Shown here piece by piece: positions 28,055 through 37,833 of a stretch of DNA of 64,000 nt. Every line of letters begins with the position of its first letter. The first letter of the stretch is position 1. Source of the DNA: Isoptericola halotolerans (GTDB lineage Bacteria; Actinomycetota; Actinomycetes; Actinomycetales; Cellulomonadaceae); contig NZ_JABEZU010000001.1 in NCBI RefSeq assembly GCF_013149785.1, positions 1-64,000 of the forward strand, read 5' to 3'. Below the pieces are notes generated by a model. That model was given only the letters and a program-made list of their open reading frames with translations, was not told the DNA's origin and did no database searches. The position numbers and the translations under genes are program-made.

Positions 28055-28624
28055 ATGAGCAACGAGTGGCGGCAGGTGGTGGCCGCGCTGGCGGACGAGG
28101 ACAGGCTGCGGCTGTTCGCGCGGATCGTCGAGGGCGGCCCGGGGCGCGGTGATGCCGGTGCCCCGACGGCCGAGGTGCTGATTGTCGACGCCCTGACCGC
28201 GGACGACCGCCGCCGGCTGAGCACCCTGTGCGACGCGGGGCTCGTGTCCGTGCAGGACGGGACCCCGCGAGCGGCGCCCGGGCGGTTCCGGGAGCTCCTC
28301 ACCGCCGCCGCGTCGGCCGAGCCGGCGCCACCCTCCGGCCCGGAACGTCTCCTCACCGACGGACGGCTCCAGGGGATGCCGCGGCGCCAGCGGGACCGGC
28401 AGGAGGTCGTGCGCTACCTCGCCACGCAGGTGCTGGCGCTGCACGAGCCCGTCAGCGAGCGCACGCTGACCGACCGGCTGCGCCGGCGCACGGCCGACCC
28501 GGTCGGGCTGCGCCGCGCCCTGGTCGACGCCGGGCTCGTCACCCGCACGCGCGACGGCGCGGAGTACTGGCGCACGACGGTCACCGAGTTCGACAGCGAG
28601 TCGGACGGGGCCTCGCCGCCCTGA
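28055..28624 (+). CDS. DUF2087 domain protein with an HTH-like N-terminus
   Basis: ALADEDRLRLFARI; DPVGLRRALVDAGLVTRTRDGAEYW; TACGCT -10 suggests a leaderless start. Confidence 0.75.
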   Translation: MSNEWRQVVAALADEDRLRLFARIVEGGPGRGDAGAPTAEVLIVDALTADDRRRLSTLCDAGLVSVQDGTPRAAPGRFRELLTAAASAEPAPPSGPERLLTDGRLQGMPRRQRDRQEVVRYLATQVLALHEPVSERTLTDRLRRRTADPVGLRRALVDAGLVTRTRDGAEYWRTTVTEFDSESDGASPP

Positions 28625-28648
28625 CGCGCACGGTCACCGGCCGCACCG

Positions 28649-29032
28649 TCAGAACGGCACACCGCAGCGCAGCACCACGTTCGCGTAAGACGTCGCCTCG
28701 CCGGTGCGCACCACGAGCGCCGCGGAGGTGAGCAGCTCCTTGAGCTCGTCGTGGGGCACGAGCTCCGGGGCGAGGCCGCGCTCGTCGAGCCAGGTGCTCA
28801 CCAACGTGCCGCTGCTCTCGGTCGCGGCCACGCTGCCCTCGACGACGATCTCCTCGAGGACGGCGTCGAGCACCTGGGTGAAGCGGGGCACCCCGTGCAC
28901 GACGGCGAGGTCGACCACGGGCGCCGACGGCGGCAGGGGCAGCCCGCAGTCGGCCACGACGACGAGGTGCCCGTGGCCGAGGCGGGCGAGCCCTTCGGCC
29001 AGGGCGGGGTTGAGCACTCCGGTGCGCCTCAC
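28649..29032 (-). CDS. rbsD: D-ribose pyranase
   Basis: GVLNPAL, LGHGHLVVVADCGLP, VRTGEATSYANVVLRCGVPF. Confidence 0.95.
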   Translation of the reverse strand: MRRTGVLNPALAEGLARLGHGHLVVVADCGLPLPPSAPVVDLAVVHGVPRFTQVLDAVLEEIVVEGSVAATESSGTLVSTWLDERGLAPELVPHDELKELLTSAALVVRTGEATSYANVVLRCGVPF

Positions 29033-30012
29033 GCGGTGACCTCGGGCAGCTCGTCCCCGAGGCCGGGGTAGGACGACTGCGCGCCGACCGACCGCACGGC
29101 GTACGCGCCCACGCGCGCCGCGAGGCGGGCGGCGGTCACGAGGTCGTCGCCGCCGGCGAGACCGTGCGCGAGCGCCCCGACGAACGCGTCGCCCGCCCCG
29201 GTCGTGTCCACGGCGTCGACGCGTGGCGTCGGCACCTGCTCCAGGAGGTCCCCGGCGCCGACGAGCGCGCCCCGCGCGCCGAGCGTCATGACGACCGACG
29301 GCACCCCGCGGGCGAGCAGTGCGGTCACGACGGCCTCGTCCGAGCCGTCCTCGGCCGCCGGAGCCGCCGCACCGTTCCCGGAGCCGTCCGCTGCGCCGAG
29401 CGCGTGCGCGACGAGCGCGGCCTCGTGCTCGTTGACCACGAGCGGGTCCGCCGCGAGGAGCACCTCGGTGTCGACGTCGATGACGGGCGCGAGGTTCACG
29501 ACGAGCCGGCCGCGGGCCGCACGCGCCGCCTCCTCGATCCCTGCGCGCGGGATCTCGCCCTGCAGCACCACGACCGCGGCACGGCCGATGACGTCGTGGT
29601 GCGCCCGGACGGCGTCGGCGTCCACCGTGGCGTTGACCCCGGGGATGACGACGATCGAGTTCTCCCCGTCGGCCGAGACGGACACGAGCGCGACGCCCGT
29701 GCGGCCCGTCCGCACGGCGAGCGCCGACAGGTCCACCCCCGCCTCCCGCAGACCCGCCAGGGCAGGCTCGGCGAACGCGTCGTCCCCGACGGCCCCGACC
29801 AGGGCGGTCGGGGAACCGAGCCGCGCGGCGGCGACGGCCTGGTTGGCCCCCTTGCCGCCGGGCAGGACGTCCAGCCTCTCACCGAGGATCGTCTCGCCCG
29901 GGGCGGGGTGCGCGGCCACACGGGCGAGGAGGTCGGCGTTCGTCGAGCCGACGACGACGACGCGGGCGTGCGGGCCGTCGTGCGGCAGGGAGGAGGGGGT
30001 GGGTGCGGTCAC
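29029..30012 (-). CDS. rbsK: Ribokinase
   Basis: PGGKGANQAVAAARLG, VNEHEA, DTTGAGDAFVG. Confidence 0.95.
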   Translation of the reverse strand: MTAPTPSSLPHDGPHARVVVVGSTNADLLARVAAHPAPGETILGERLDVLPGGKGANQAVAAARLGSPTALVGAVGDDAFAEPALAGLREAGVDLSALAVRTGRTGVALVSVSADGENSIVVIPGVNATVDADAVRAHHDVIGRAAVVVLQGEIPRAGIEEAARAARGRLVVNLAPVIDVDTEVLLAADPLVVNEHEAALVAHALGAADGSGNGAAAPAAEDGSDEAVVTALLARGVPSVVMTLGARGALVGAGDLLEQVPTPRVDAVDTTGAGDAFVGALAHGLAGGDDLVTAARLAARVGAYAVRSVGAQSSYPGLGDELPEVTA

Positions 30013-30965
30013 TGCAGGAAGTCTCCGACGTTCTCGGTGGTCACGGTCTGGACGGGCACGGGGATCTCGGCGTCGACGGCCTCGCCGGCGAGCACGCGGG
30101 ACATGACCTCGACGGCCTGGCGGCCGAGCTCGGTGGGCTGCTGGGCGATGGTCGCGACCAGGGTCCCGGCCTCCACCGCGGCGAGACCGTCGTCGGTGCC
30201 GTCGAAGCCGACGACCATGACGTCGTCACCGGCGCGGTCGCCGAGGGCCTGGAGCGCACCGAGCGCCATCTCGTCGTTCTCGGCGAAGATCCCCACGGTG
30301 TCCGGGTGCGACTGCAGCAGGTTGGTGGCGACGTCGAGCGCCTGCGCGCGGTCGAAGTTCGCGGTCTGGGTGGCGACGACCTCGATGTCGCCGAACTCGG
30401 CGATGCCGTCGGCGAAGCCCTGGCCGCGGTCGCGGCTCGCGGAGGTCCCGGCGACGCCCTGCAGGACGATCACCGTGCCCTCCTCGCCGATCGCGGCGGC
30501 GAGCGCCTCGGCCGCCTGGCGGCCGCCGGCGACGTTGTCGCTCGAGACCAGGGAGGTGATGTCGGCGCCCTCGACGGCCCGGTCGACGCCGACGACGGGC
30601 AGGTCGGTGGCGAGCGCCGGTTGCACGGCGGCACCCGCGGCGTCGGAGTCGACGGGGTTGATGACGACGCCGTCGGCGCCACCGGTGACGGCGTTGGCGA
30701 TCTGGTTGGCCTGGGTGGTGCTGTCGTTCTGCGCGTCGACGACCTCCAGGTCGACGCCGAGCTCGTCGGCAGCCGCCTGGGCACCGTCGCGCACGTCGAC
30801 GAAGAACGGGTTGTTCAGCGTCGACAGCGACAGGGTCACGCTCTGTCCGGCGGCGTCGCCGCCCTGGGGGTCGTCGCCGTCGCGTCCGCACGCGGCGGTG
30901 GTGGCGACCAGCGCGAGGCTGATCGTGACGGCGGTGGTGAGTCGTCCTCGGGTGGAGAACTTCAT
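30009..30965 (-). CDS. rbsB: Ribose ABC transporter substrate-binding lipoprotein
   Basis: Lipobox AAC; STLNNPFF, INPVDSD, FAENDEMALG, GFDGT; AAGGAG RBS before MKFST. Confidence 0.9.
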   Translation of the reverse strand: MKFSTRGRLTTAVTISLALVATTAACGRDGDDPQGGDAAGQSVTLSLSTLNNPFFVDVRDGAQAAADELGVDLEVVDAQNDSTTQANQIANAVTGGADGVVINPVDSDAAGAAVQPALATDLPVVGVDRAVEGADITSLVSSDNVAGGRQAAEALAAAIGEEGTVIVLQGVAGTSASRDRGQGFADGIAEFGDIEVVATQTANFDRAQALDVATNLLQSHPDTVGIFAENDEMALGALQALGDRAGDDVMVVGFDGTDDGLAAVEAGTLVATIAQQPTELGRQAVEVMSRVLAGEAVDAEIPVPVQTVTTENVGDFLQ

Positions 30966-31024
30966 CGTTCGCTCCTTCGTCGTGGGCACGGTGCCCGGGG
31001 TGCCTGGGGGTCAGGCGGGGATGG

Positions 31025-32014
31025 TCAGTGGCGGGTGTTCTTGCGGCGCAGCACGTCGATGCCGACGGCGACGGCGATGACGAGCCCGATGACGACCTGC
31101 TGCCAGAACGAGCTGACGTTGAGCAGGTTGAGCCCGTTGCGGATGACGGCGAGGATCAGCGCGCCGACCAGCGTGCCGGACACGCGGCCGACGCCGCCGG
31201 CGAGCGACGCGCCGCCGATGACGACGGCGGCGATGGCGTCGAGCTCGTAGCCCGCCGCGGCCTGGGGCTGGGCCGAGTTGAGCCGTCCGGCCAGCAGCAT
31301 CCCGGCGAGCGCGGCGTACACCCCGGCGAGGGCGAAGACGGTCACCAGCACCCGCTTGACCGGGATGCCGGAGAGGCGGGCCGCCTCGGCGTTGCCGCCG
31401 ACGGCGTACATGGAGCGGCCGACGACGGTGCGGTTGAGGATGAACGCGGCGACCAGCCCGGCGACGGCGAGCACGAGGATCGGCACCGGGATGCCGAACA
31501 GGGTGCCGCCCAGGAACGACACGGCGGGCGAGGTGGCGATCGGGCGGCCGTCGGACAGCACGAGGGTGAGTCCGCGGGCGACGCTGAGCATCGCCAGGGT
31601 GGCGATGAACGACGGCAGGCGACCGAAGGCGATGGCGATGCCGCTGATCGCGCCGAGCGCGGCGCCGGTGGCGAGCCCGGCCAGCAGGGACAACCCGCCG
31701 GGCAGGCCGGCCGCCGAGTACACCCAGGCGGAGGCCATCGCGCTGAGCGCCGCGACGGAGCCGACCGACAGGTCGATCCCGCCGGCGACGATCACGAACG
31801 TCATGCCGAAGGCGAGCACCGCGATCGTGGACGCCTGGATGCCGATGTTGAGCAGGTTCGGCCCGGTGAGAAAGTTCGGGGTGGCGATGAACAGTGCCAG
31901 GCACAGGGCGACGAGCCCCACGAGGGCGCCGTTGTTCGCCAGGAACGTGCCCGCCCCGGTCCGCAGCCGCGACGCCGGCGTGGGCGAGGGGGTCGATGTG
32001 GTCGGTGTGCTCAT
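31025..32014 (-). CDS. rbsC: Ribose ABC transporter permease
   Basis: GGIDLSVGS, YAVGGNAEAARLSGI, YELDAIAAVVIGG. Confidence 0.92.
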   Translation of the reverse strand: MSTPTTSTPSPTPASRLRTGAGTFLANNGALVGLVALCLALFIATPNFLTGPNLLNIGIQASTIAVLAFGMTFVIVAGGIDLSVGSVAALSAMASAWVYSAAGLPGGLSLLAGLATGAALGAISGIAIAFGRLPSFIATLAMLSVARGLTLVLSDGRPIATSPAVSFLGGTLFGIPVPILVLAVAGLVAAFILNRTVVGRSMYAVGGNAEAARLSGIPVKRVLVTVFALAGVYAALAGMLLAGRLNSAQPQAAAGYELDAIAAVVIGGASLAGGVGRVSGTLVGALILAVIRNGLNLLNVSSFWQQVVIGLVIAVAVGIDVLRRKNTRH

Positions 32015-33555
32015 GCGCTCGTTCCTTCGCTGTGGTCTTCGGCGTCGCGGTCGACGTCGCGCACGGCCAGGGCCATGACGCGGTCCTCGGTGGCGTCCTC
32101 GCCCTCGAGCTCCCCGGCGACGTGCCCCCCGCTCATCACGAGGATGCGGTCGCTCATGCCGAGGACCTCGGGCAGGTCGCTGGAGACCATGACGACCGCT
32201 CCGCCGTCGGCGGTGATGGCGTTGATGAACTCGTAGATCTCGACGCGGGCCCCGACGTCGACGCCGCGGGTGGGCTCGTCGAGGAGGAGGACCTGGGACC
32301 CGGCGAGCACCCAGCGGGCGAAGACGATCTTCTGCTGGTTGCCGCCGGACAGGTCGCGTGCGGTCTGGTCGATGTCGCGCATCCGGATGCGCAACCGGTC
32401 GGCGACGTCCTGGGCGCGACGGCGCTGGCCCGGGCGGTCGACGAGCCCCAGGCGGGCCGTGGACCGCAGCGTCGCGTAGCCGATGTTCTCGTTGACCGAC
32501 GCCCCGAGCACGAGGCCCTGCGACTTGCGGTCCTCGGGGACGTGCCCGACGCCGGCGGCGATCGCGCTGCCGACGTCCTTCGCGGGCAGCGCGCCCCCGC
32601 GCACGGTGACGGTGCCGGCGTCATAGGGGTCGGCGCCCGCGACCGCCCGCAGCAGCTCGGTGCGCCCGGCCCCGACGAGCCCGGCGATGCCGAGGACCTC
32701 GCCGGCGCGCACCTGGAAGCTGATGTCGTCGACCACCCCGTGCCGCGACAGGTGCTGCACGTCGAGGAGCACCTCGTCAGGGCCGGTGTACTCGCGCCGG
32801 CGCGGGTGGTGGTCGGCGATGTCGCGTCCCACCATGTGCCGCACGAGCTCGTCCTCGTCGGTCGAGGCGGGCACCTCCGCCACGAGGGAGCCGTCGCGCA
32901 GCACGCTGACGTCGTCGCCGATCCGGGCGATCTCCTCCAGGTGGTGACTGATGAAGACCATGCCCACGCCGTCGGCCCGCAGGTCCTCGACGACGCCGAA
33001 CAGGGCGTCGATCTCCCCGTGGGTGAGCGCCGCCGTCGGCTCGTCGAGGATCAGCATGCGGGCGTCCAGGCTGAGGGCCTTGGCGATCTCCACGAGCTGC
33101 TGGCGGGCCACACCCAGCTCGCCCACGGGCTGGTCGACGTCGACGTCGAGACCGATGCGGTCGAGGGCCCGGCGGGCCGTGGTGCGCATCGCGCGCTTGT
33201 CGAGCAGGCCGGCACGCGACGGCAGCCGACCCATGAGCACGTTCTCCGCGACCGACATGGTCGGCACGAGGTTGAGCTCCTGGTGGATCGTCGCGATGCC
33301 GTGGGACTCCGCGGCGCGCACGCCGTCGAGGACGACGGGCCCGCCGTCGACCAGGATGCGTCCGCCGTCGGGCTGGTAGATGCCCGACATCATCTTGATG
33401 AGCGTGGACTTGCCGGCGCCGTTCTCGCCGAGGAGCACCTGGACGTGCCCGCGCCGGACGTGCACCGTGACGTCGTCGATGACCCGTACGGGGCCGAACG
33501 ACTTCGAGACGTTCTCCAGGGTGAGCAGCGGCGCGTCGGCCGAGGGGGTGCTCAT
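32011..33555 (-). CDS. rbsA: Ribose ABC transporter ATP-binding protein (tandem ABC domains)
   Basis: GENGAGKST, ILDEPT, LSGGNQQK, DEPTRGVDVGA. Confidence 0.93.
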   Translation of the reverse strand: MSTPSADAPLLTLENVSKSFGPVRVIDDVTVHVRRGHVQVLLGENGAGKSTLIKMMSGIYQPDGGRILVDGGPVVLDGVRAAESHGIATIHQELNLVPTMSVAENVLMGRLPSRAGLLDKRAMRTTARRALDRIGLDVDVDQPVGELGVARQQLVEIAKALSLDARMLILDEPTAALTHGEIDALFGVVEDLRADGVGMVFISHHLEEIARIGDDVSVLRDGSLVAEVPASTDEDELVRHMVGRDIADHHPRRREYTGPDEVLLDVQHLSRHGVVDDISFQVRAGEVLGIAGLVGAGRTELLRAVAGADPYDAGTVTVRGGALPAKDVGSAIAAGVGHVPEDRKSQGLVLGASVNENIGYATLRSTARLGLVDRPGQRRRAQDVADRLRIRMRDIDQTARDLSGGNQQKIVFARWVLAGSQVLLLDEPTRGVDVGARVEIYEFINAITADGGAVVMVSSDLPEVLGMSDRILVMSGGHVAGELEGEDATEDRVMALAVRDVDRDAEDHSEGTSA

Positions 33556-34568
33556 GAGGTCCTCCGCGGGTCGGGGGAGCCGGTCGAGCCGCGCACGACG
33601 AGGGTCGTCGGGAGGACGGCCGGGGTGACGGGCTCGTCGGCGAGCACGTCGCGGATCATCTCCACCGCCAGCGAGCCCATCCGGGCGGCGTCGTGGGCGA
33701 TGACGGTGAGGGCCGGGCTGACCAGGCGGAAGGCGTCGATGTCGTCGTAGCCGACGAGCGACAGCTCGGAGCCGATCTGCACCCCGCGGTCCTGGCAGAC
33801 CTGCAGGACGCCGAACGTCATGAGGCTGTCCGCCGCGAGGATCGCCGTCGGCGGTTCGTCCAGGCCGAGGAGGAGCTCGGCACCCTCGACGCCGCTGGCC
33901 ACCTGGAAGTCTCCCTGGTGGACGAGTCGCGGGTCGGGATCGAACCCGTGGGTGGCGACGGCGTCACGGTAGGCCTCCAGGCGCTCGCGACCGGTGGACG
34001 TCTCCTGGGGGCCGGCGACGTATCCGACCCGCCGGTGGCCCAGCTCGGCGAGGTGCCGGGCGGCGTCGGCGATGCCGGTGCGGTTGTCCGAGGTGACGCT
34101 CGGGACGTCCACGCCGTCGATGGTGCGGTCGACGAACACGACCGGCATGCCCAGGGTGAGGACCTCGCGCAGGCTGCCGCTGCCGTCGCCCTGCGGGGCG
34201 ACGATCATGCCGTCGACGCGCTGGGAGACGAGCAGGTCCAGGCAGAGGTCCTGCTGGTCGGTGCTCTCGTTGGCGTTGCACAGCAGGGTGGCCATGCCGG
34301 TGGCCAGGGCGCTCTGCTCGACGGTGTGCGCGATCTCCGCGAAGAACGGGTTGCGCACGTCGGAGACGAGCACCCCGATCGTGTTGGTGCGGGTCTTGCG
34401 CAGCGAGCGGGCCTGCGCGTTGGGGCGGAAGCCGAGCTCGCGGGCGGCGTCGTCGACGCGGCGCCGGGAGTCCGCCGAGGTGGCGGGGTGGCCGGACAGC
34501 ACGCGGGACGCCGTCGCCACCGACACCCCGGCTCGCGCCGCGACGTCGCGGATGGTCACCGACTGCAT
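33552..34568 (-). CDS. rbsR: LacI family ribose operon repressor
   Basis: VTIRDVAARAGVSVATASRVL HTH; GAGGAGG RBS before MQSVT; first gene of the rbs operon. Confidence 0.88.
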   Translation of the reverse strand: MQSVTIRDVAARAGVSVATASRVLSGHPATSADSRRRVDDAARELGFRPNAQARSLRKTRTNTIGVLVSDVRNPFFAEIAHTVEQSALATGMATLLCNANESTDQQDLCLDLLVSQRVDGMIVAPQGDGSGSLREVLTLGMPVVFVDRTIDGVDVPSVTSDNRTGIADAARHLAELGHRRVGYVAGPQETSTGRERLEAYRDAVATHGFDPDPRLVHQGDFQVASGVEGAELLLGLDEPPTAILAADSLMTFGVLQVCQDRGVQIGSELSLVGYDDIDAFRLVSPALTVIAHDAARMGSLAVEMIRDVLADEPVTPAVLPTTLVVRGSTGSPDPRRTS

Positions 34569-34609
34569 CGCAGCCTCCTCGCTGGGTCGAACGTCGTTGG
34601 TCTGTGTCG

Positions 34610-34637
34610 TGTAACCGATTCCATGGAACCGATTACA
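34610..34637. promoter_or_regulatory. Two abutting LacI-type operators
   Basis: TGTAACCGATTCCA and TGGAACCGATTACA both fit TGNAANCGNTTNCA. Confidence 0.75.
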
Positions 34638-34734
34638 CGGAGAGTACGTCGCGAGGCAGCGGCGCGCAAGGATGCGTGACGAGGGCATCTACCCACCCTG
34701 GCGAGCTCGGGTCCAGGGATCCGGTGACGCCGGG

Positions 34735-35880
34735 CTACGGCTCCCGCGGCCAGGCCTCGACCGCCGGGACGGCAGCCGAGCACTCGGCGACCACGGCGCC
34801 GTCGTCGCCGAGAAGGGTGGCCGTGGCCGTCCAGCCCGAGACGTCCTCCGGCGTCTCGACGCTCGCCCAGGCGAGCAGCTCCGGCACCGTCCACCACAGG
34901 TCGTCGTCGGCATCGAGGTCTGGCGCGTCGTCCCACGCGCCGTGCGCGTCGTCGTGCGACGTCGCGGTCTGCGAGGAGTAGCGCCGCCCGTCGGGCGAGC
35001 GCACGGTCAGCGTGGCGTCCGCGGCATCGAGCGGACGGTTGCCGCCGTCGTCGGCCGCGAGCCCGGTCGACCAGGCGGCGACCACCTGCCACGACTCCGT
35101 GGCCAACCGGTGGATCCCGAGCCGGGACTCCCACGAGGCCGACGCGGCGCTGTCGATCATCGCCGTCGCCACGAAGTCACCGGTGCTGGTGCAGGAGGTC
35201 CCGTCGGACGACGAGTGCCAGGCGCCGCCGCTGCTCTGCGTCAGGCTCGTCGCCGCCGCGGCAGCGCACACGACGAGCGCGACGGCGCTCGTGACGATCG
35301 GTGGCCAGCGCAGGCGTGGTGCGCGGTCGTCGCGCTGACGGCGCAGCCACGCCACCCACGGGTGCGGGGCGGGCCGGGTGCTGAGCACGGCGACGGTGCC
35401 GAGCAACGAGTCCGCGAAGGTGCGGCCCTGCGGGTGCCAGGCGGCGCGCAGGTAGCCGATCATCAGGACGGCGTCGAGCAGGTGCGCGAACCATCGCAGC
35501 ACGGTCCCCGCGAACCCGATCGGTCGACCGGTCCGGTCGTCGACCACGGACACGCCCGTCACGCGCTTGCCCGGCGTCATCCCCGTGTAGGCCTGCAGCA
35601 CCGCGAGCGAGACGAGGGAGCCTGCGGTCCAGACGAAGGTCGCGGAGGCTAGGGGAGGGTCCTCGCCGCCGTCCAGCAGCGGCAGCGTCGCGAACGACGG
35701 GGCCTCGCCGGTGGCGAGCCACGCGACCGAGGCCACGAGCGCCGAGTCCAGGAGCACCGCCAGTGCACGGTGGAGCCAGCCGGCCTTCGCGTGGCCTCCG
35801 ACGAGCGGGTGCGGTCCGCTCGGCAGGTCGTCGGACGGCGGCGGGGTGGGGGGTGCGTGCGCCGGGACCGTCGTCGTCAT
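34735..35880 (-). CDS. RDD family membrane protein with an extracellular C-terminal domain
   Basis: RALAVLLD, GMTPGKRVTG, GRTFADSLLGT. Confidence 0.8.
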   Translation of the reverse strand: MTTTVPAHAPPTPPPSDDLPSGPHPLVGGHAKAGWLHRALAVLLDSALVASVAWLATGEAPSFATLPLLDGGEDPPLASATFVWTAGSLVSLAVLQAYTGMTPGKRVTGVSVVDDRTGRPIGFAGTVLRWFAHLLDAVLMIGYLRAAWHPQGRTFADSLLGTVAVLSTRPAPHPWVAWLRRQRDDRAPRLRWPPIVTSAVALVVCAAAAATSLTQSSGGAWHSSSDGTSCTSTGDFVATAMIDSAASASWESRLGIHRLATESWQVVAAWSTGLAADDGGNRPLDAADATLTVRSPDGRRYSSQTATSHDDAHGAWDDAPDLDADDDLWWTVPELLAWASVETPEDVSGWTATATLLGDDGAVVAECSAAVPAVEAWPREP

Positions 35881-35947
35881 GGGGGGATGGTTCCACGGAC
35901 GGCAGCGCAGGTCATGCTCTCGGCTCGGCCCGCGAGAGTCCTGATCG

Positions 35948-36532
35948 TCACGCCCGTCCGGCCGGCGCCGCGCCTCCCAGGCCGGTCACGACGGCGTGGA
36001 CCGTGGCGGCGACGAGGTCACGGTCCAGCGGCGCGTCGTCGAAGGACCGGTGCATGGGCCAGCCCTCGACGAGGGCGTCGAGGGCGCGGCAGACGTGCTC
36101 CGGGAAGTGCAGGCCCAGGCTCTCGCGGCTGCGCAGGAGCCAGGTGTGCATGGTGGAGCGCACCTCGGGGTGGTGGTTGGCGTAGGCGTACATCTCGAAG
36201 ATGAGCGTCAGCTCGCGATGTGTCGCGTAGGCCTGGCCGCAGATCAGGTCGACGACGGCGGTCTCCGCCTCCGCGGTGTCGGCCGCGTCCTCCAACATCC
36301 GGCGGTACTGGAGGGACATGGTGTCGGCGAGGCGCGCGAACGCCTGGGCCAGCAGGTCGCTCATCCCGTCGAAGTAGTAGGTCATCGAGCCCAGCGGTAC
36401 CTCGGCGGCCGCGGCGATCCGGCGGTGGGTGGTGCCGTGCACGCCGTCCCGCGCCACGACCTCCAGGGTCGCGTCGAGGATCCGGTCCTTGCGCCCCGGG
36501 TCGTTGGGCGCCTGACGACGTGTGCCGCTCAC
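35948..36532 (-). CDS. TetR family regulator (YbjK/RcdA-like)
   Basis: NDPGRKDRILDATL...THRRIAAAAEVPLGSMTYYF. Confidence 0.9.
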   Translation of the reverse strand: MSGTRRQAPNDPGRKDRILDATLEVVARDGVHGTTHRRIAAAAEVPLGSMTYYFDGMSDLLAQAFARLADTMSLQYRRMLEDAADTAEAETAVVDLICGQAYATHRELTLIFEMYAYANHHPEVRSTMHTWLLRSRESLGLHFPEHVCRALDALVEGWPMHRSFDDAPLDRDLVAATVHAVVTGLGGAAPAGRA

Positions 36533-36571
36533 GGCAGCCAATCTGCCAGGGTTCCGCCGTCCAACCAAGTG

Positions 36572-36585
36572 TGTACGCTTGTACA
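36572..36585. promoter_or_regulatory. TetR operator
   Basis: TGTAC-GCTT-GTACA palindrome between the divergent TetR and MFS genes. Confidence 0.55.
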
Positions 36586-36612
36586 ACCTTCGTCCTGAAC
36601 GGGAGCCCCCTT

Positions 36613-37803
36613 GTGACCGCCAGCCTCCGCGCGCGCCGGAACGCCCTGTTCGCGCTGTTCTTCCTGCCCGGGATCACCATCGCGTCCTGGGTGACGCGCA
36701 CCCCGGACATCCGTGACCTCGTCGGCGCCTCGACCGCGCAGATGGGGCTCATCCTCTTCGGTCTCTCCGCGGGCTCGATGATCGGCATCCTGTCCTCCGG
36801 GCCGCTGGTGGCACGGTGGGGCGCACGCCCGGTGATGGCGGCCGGCACGGTCTCGGTGGCGGTGGGAGCGGCCGTCATCGGCGTCGGCGCGGCACTCGGC
36901 AACGGTGCCGTCGTCGCCCTGGGCCTGGGCCTGTTCGGCTGCGGGATGGGTGGCGGCGAGGTCGCCCTCAACGTCGAGGGCGCCGAGGTCGAGCGGCTGC
37001 TGGGGCGCTCCACACTGCCCGCCCTGCACGGGTTCTTCAGTCTCGGCACCGTGGTCGGAGCCGTCGCGGGCATGGTCCTCACGGCCGTCCGGTTCCCGGT
37101 CCTCGCTCATCTCCTGGTCGTCGCCGGGGTGGTGCTGGTGACGCTCTCCGTCGCGATCCGCGACGTGCCCGCCGCCGTGGGAAGGAGCGTCGCCGAAGCT
37201 CAGGAGCACACGGGTCCGCGCCCTGCGGTGTGGAAGGACTCCCGGCTGCTGCTCGTCGGGATCATCATCCTGGCGCTCGCGATGGCGGAGGGGACGGCGA
37301 ACGACTGGCTCCCGCTCATCATGGTCGACGGCCACGGGTTCGACGCCGCCCTCGGCTCGGCCGTGTACGCGGTCTTCGCCGCGGCGATGACGGTCGGCCG
37401 GTTCCTCGGCGGAGGTCTCGTGGACCGGTTCGGCCGCGCCGCCGTGCTGGGTGCCAGCGCCGTCATCGGCGCCGTCGGTCTCGCGATGGTGAGCCTGGTC
37501 GACCACCAGTGGGTCGCGGCGGCGGCGGCGATCCTGTGGGGTCTCGGCACGTCGCTCGGGTTCCCTGTCGCTCTGTCGGCCGCCGGGGCCTCGGGTCCGA
37601 ACCCGGCGGCGCGAGTCTCCCTCGCGGCGACCATCGGCTACGTGGCGTTCCTCGTCGGGCCACCGGTGCTGGGGTTCCTCGGCGAGGCCCATGGCCTGCG
37701 GTCCGCCCTGCTGGTGGTGGTCGTCCTGCTCGTCGGGGCGGCGTTCGTGACCCCTGCTGCTCGCCCGCGCGAGGTCCGGCCGGCGGTGGCCGAGCGCGTG
37801 TGA
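36613..37803 (+). CDS. MFS transporter (YbjJ-like)
   Basis: ASWVTRTPDIR, LHGFFSLG, EGTANDW, MTVGRFLGG; about 12 TM segments. Confidence 0.9.
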   Translation: MTASLRARRNALFALFFLPGITIASWVTRTPDIRDLVGASTAQMGLILFGLSAGSMIGILSSGPLVARWGARPVMAAGTVSVAVGAAVIGVGAALGNGAVVALGLGLFGCGMGGGEVALNVEGAEVERLLGRSTLPALHGFFSLGTVVGAVAGMVLTAVRFPVLAHLLVVAGVVLVTLSVAIRDVPAAVGRSVAEAQEHTGPRPAVWKDSRLLLVGIIILALAMAEGTANDWLPLIMVDGHGFDAALGSAVYAVFAAAMTVGRFLGGGLVDRFGRAAVLGASAVIGAVGLAMVSLVDHQWVAAAAAILWGLGTSLGFPVALSAAGASGPNPAARVSLAATIGYVAFLVGPPVLGFLGEAHGLRSALLVVVVLLVGAAFVTPAARPREVRPAVAERV

Positions 37804-37833
37804 CGCGCTCGGCCATGCCGACCGGTGCGGGCG

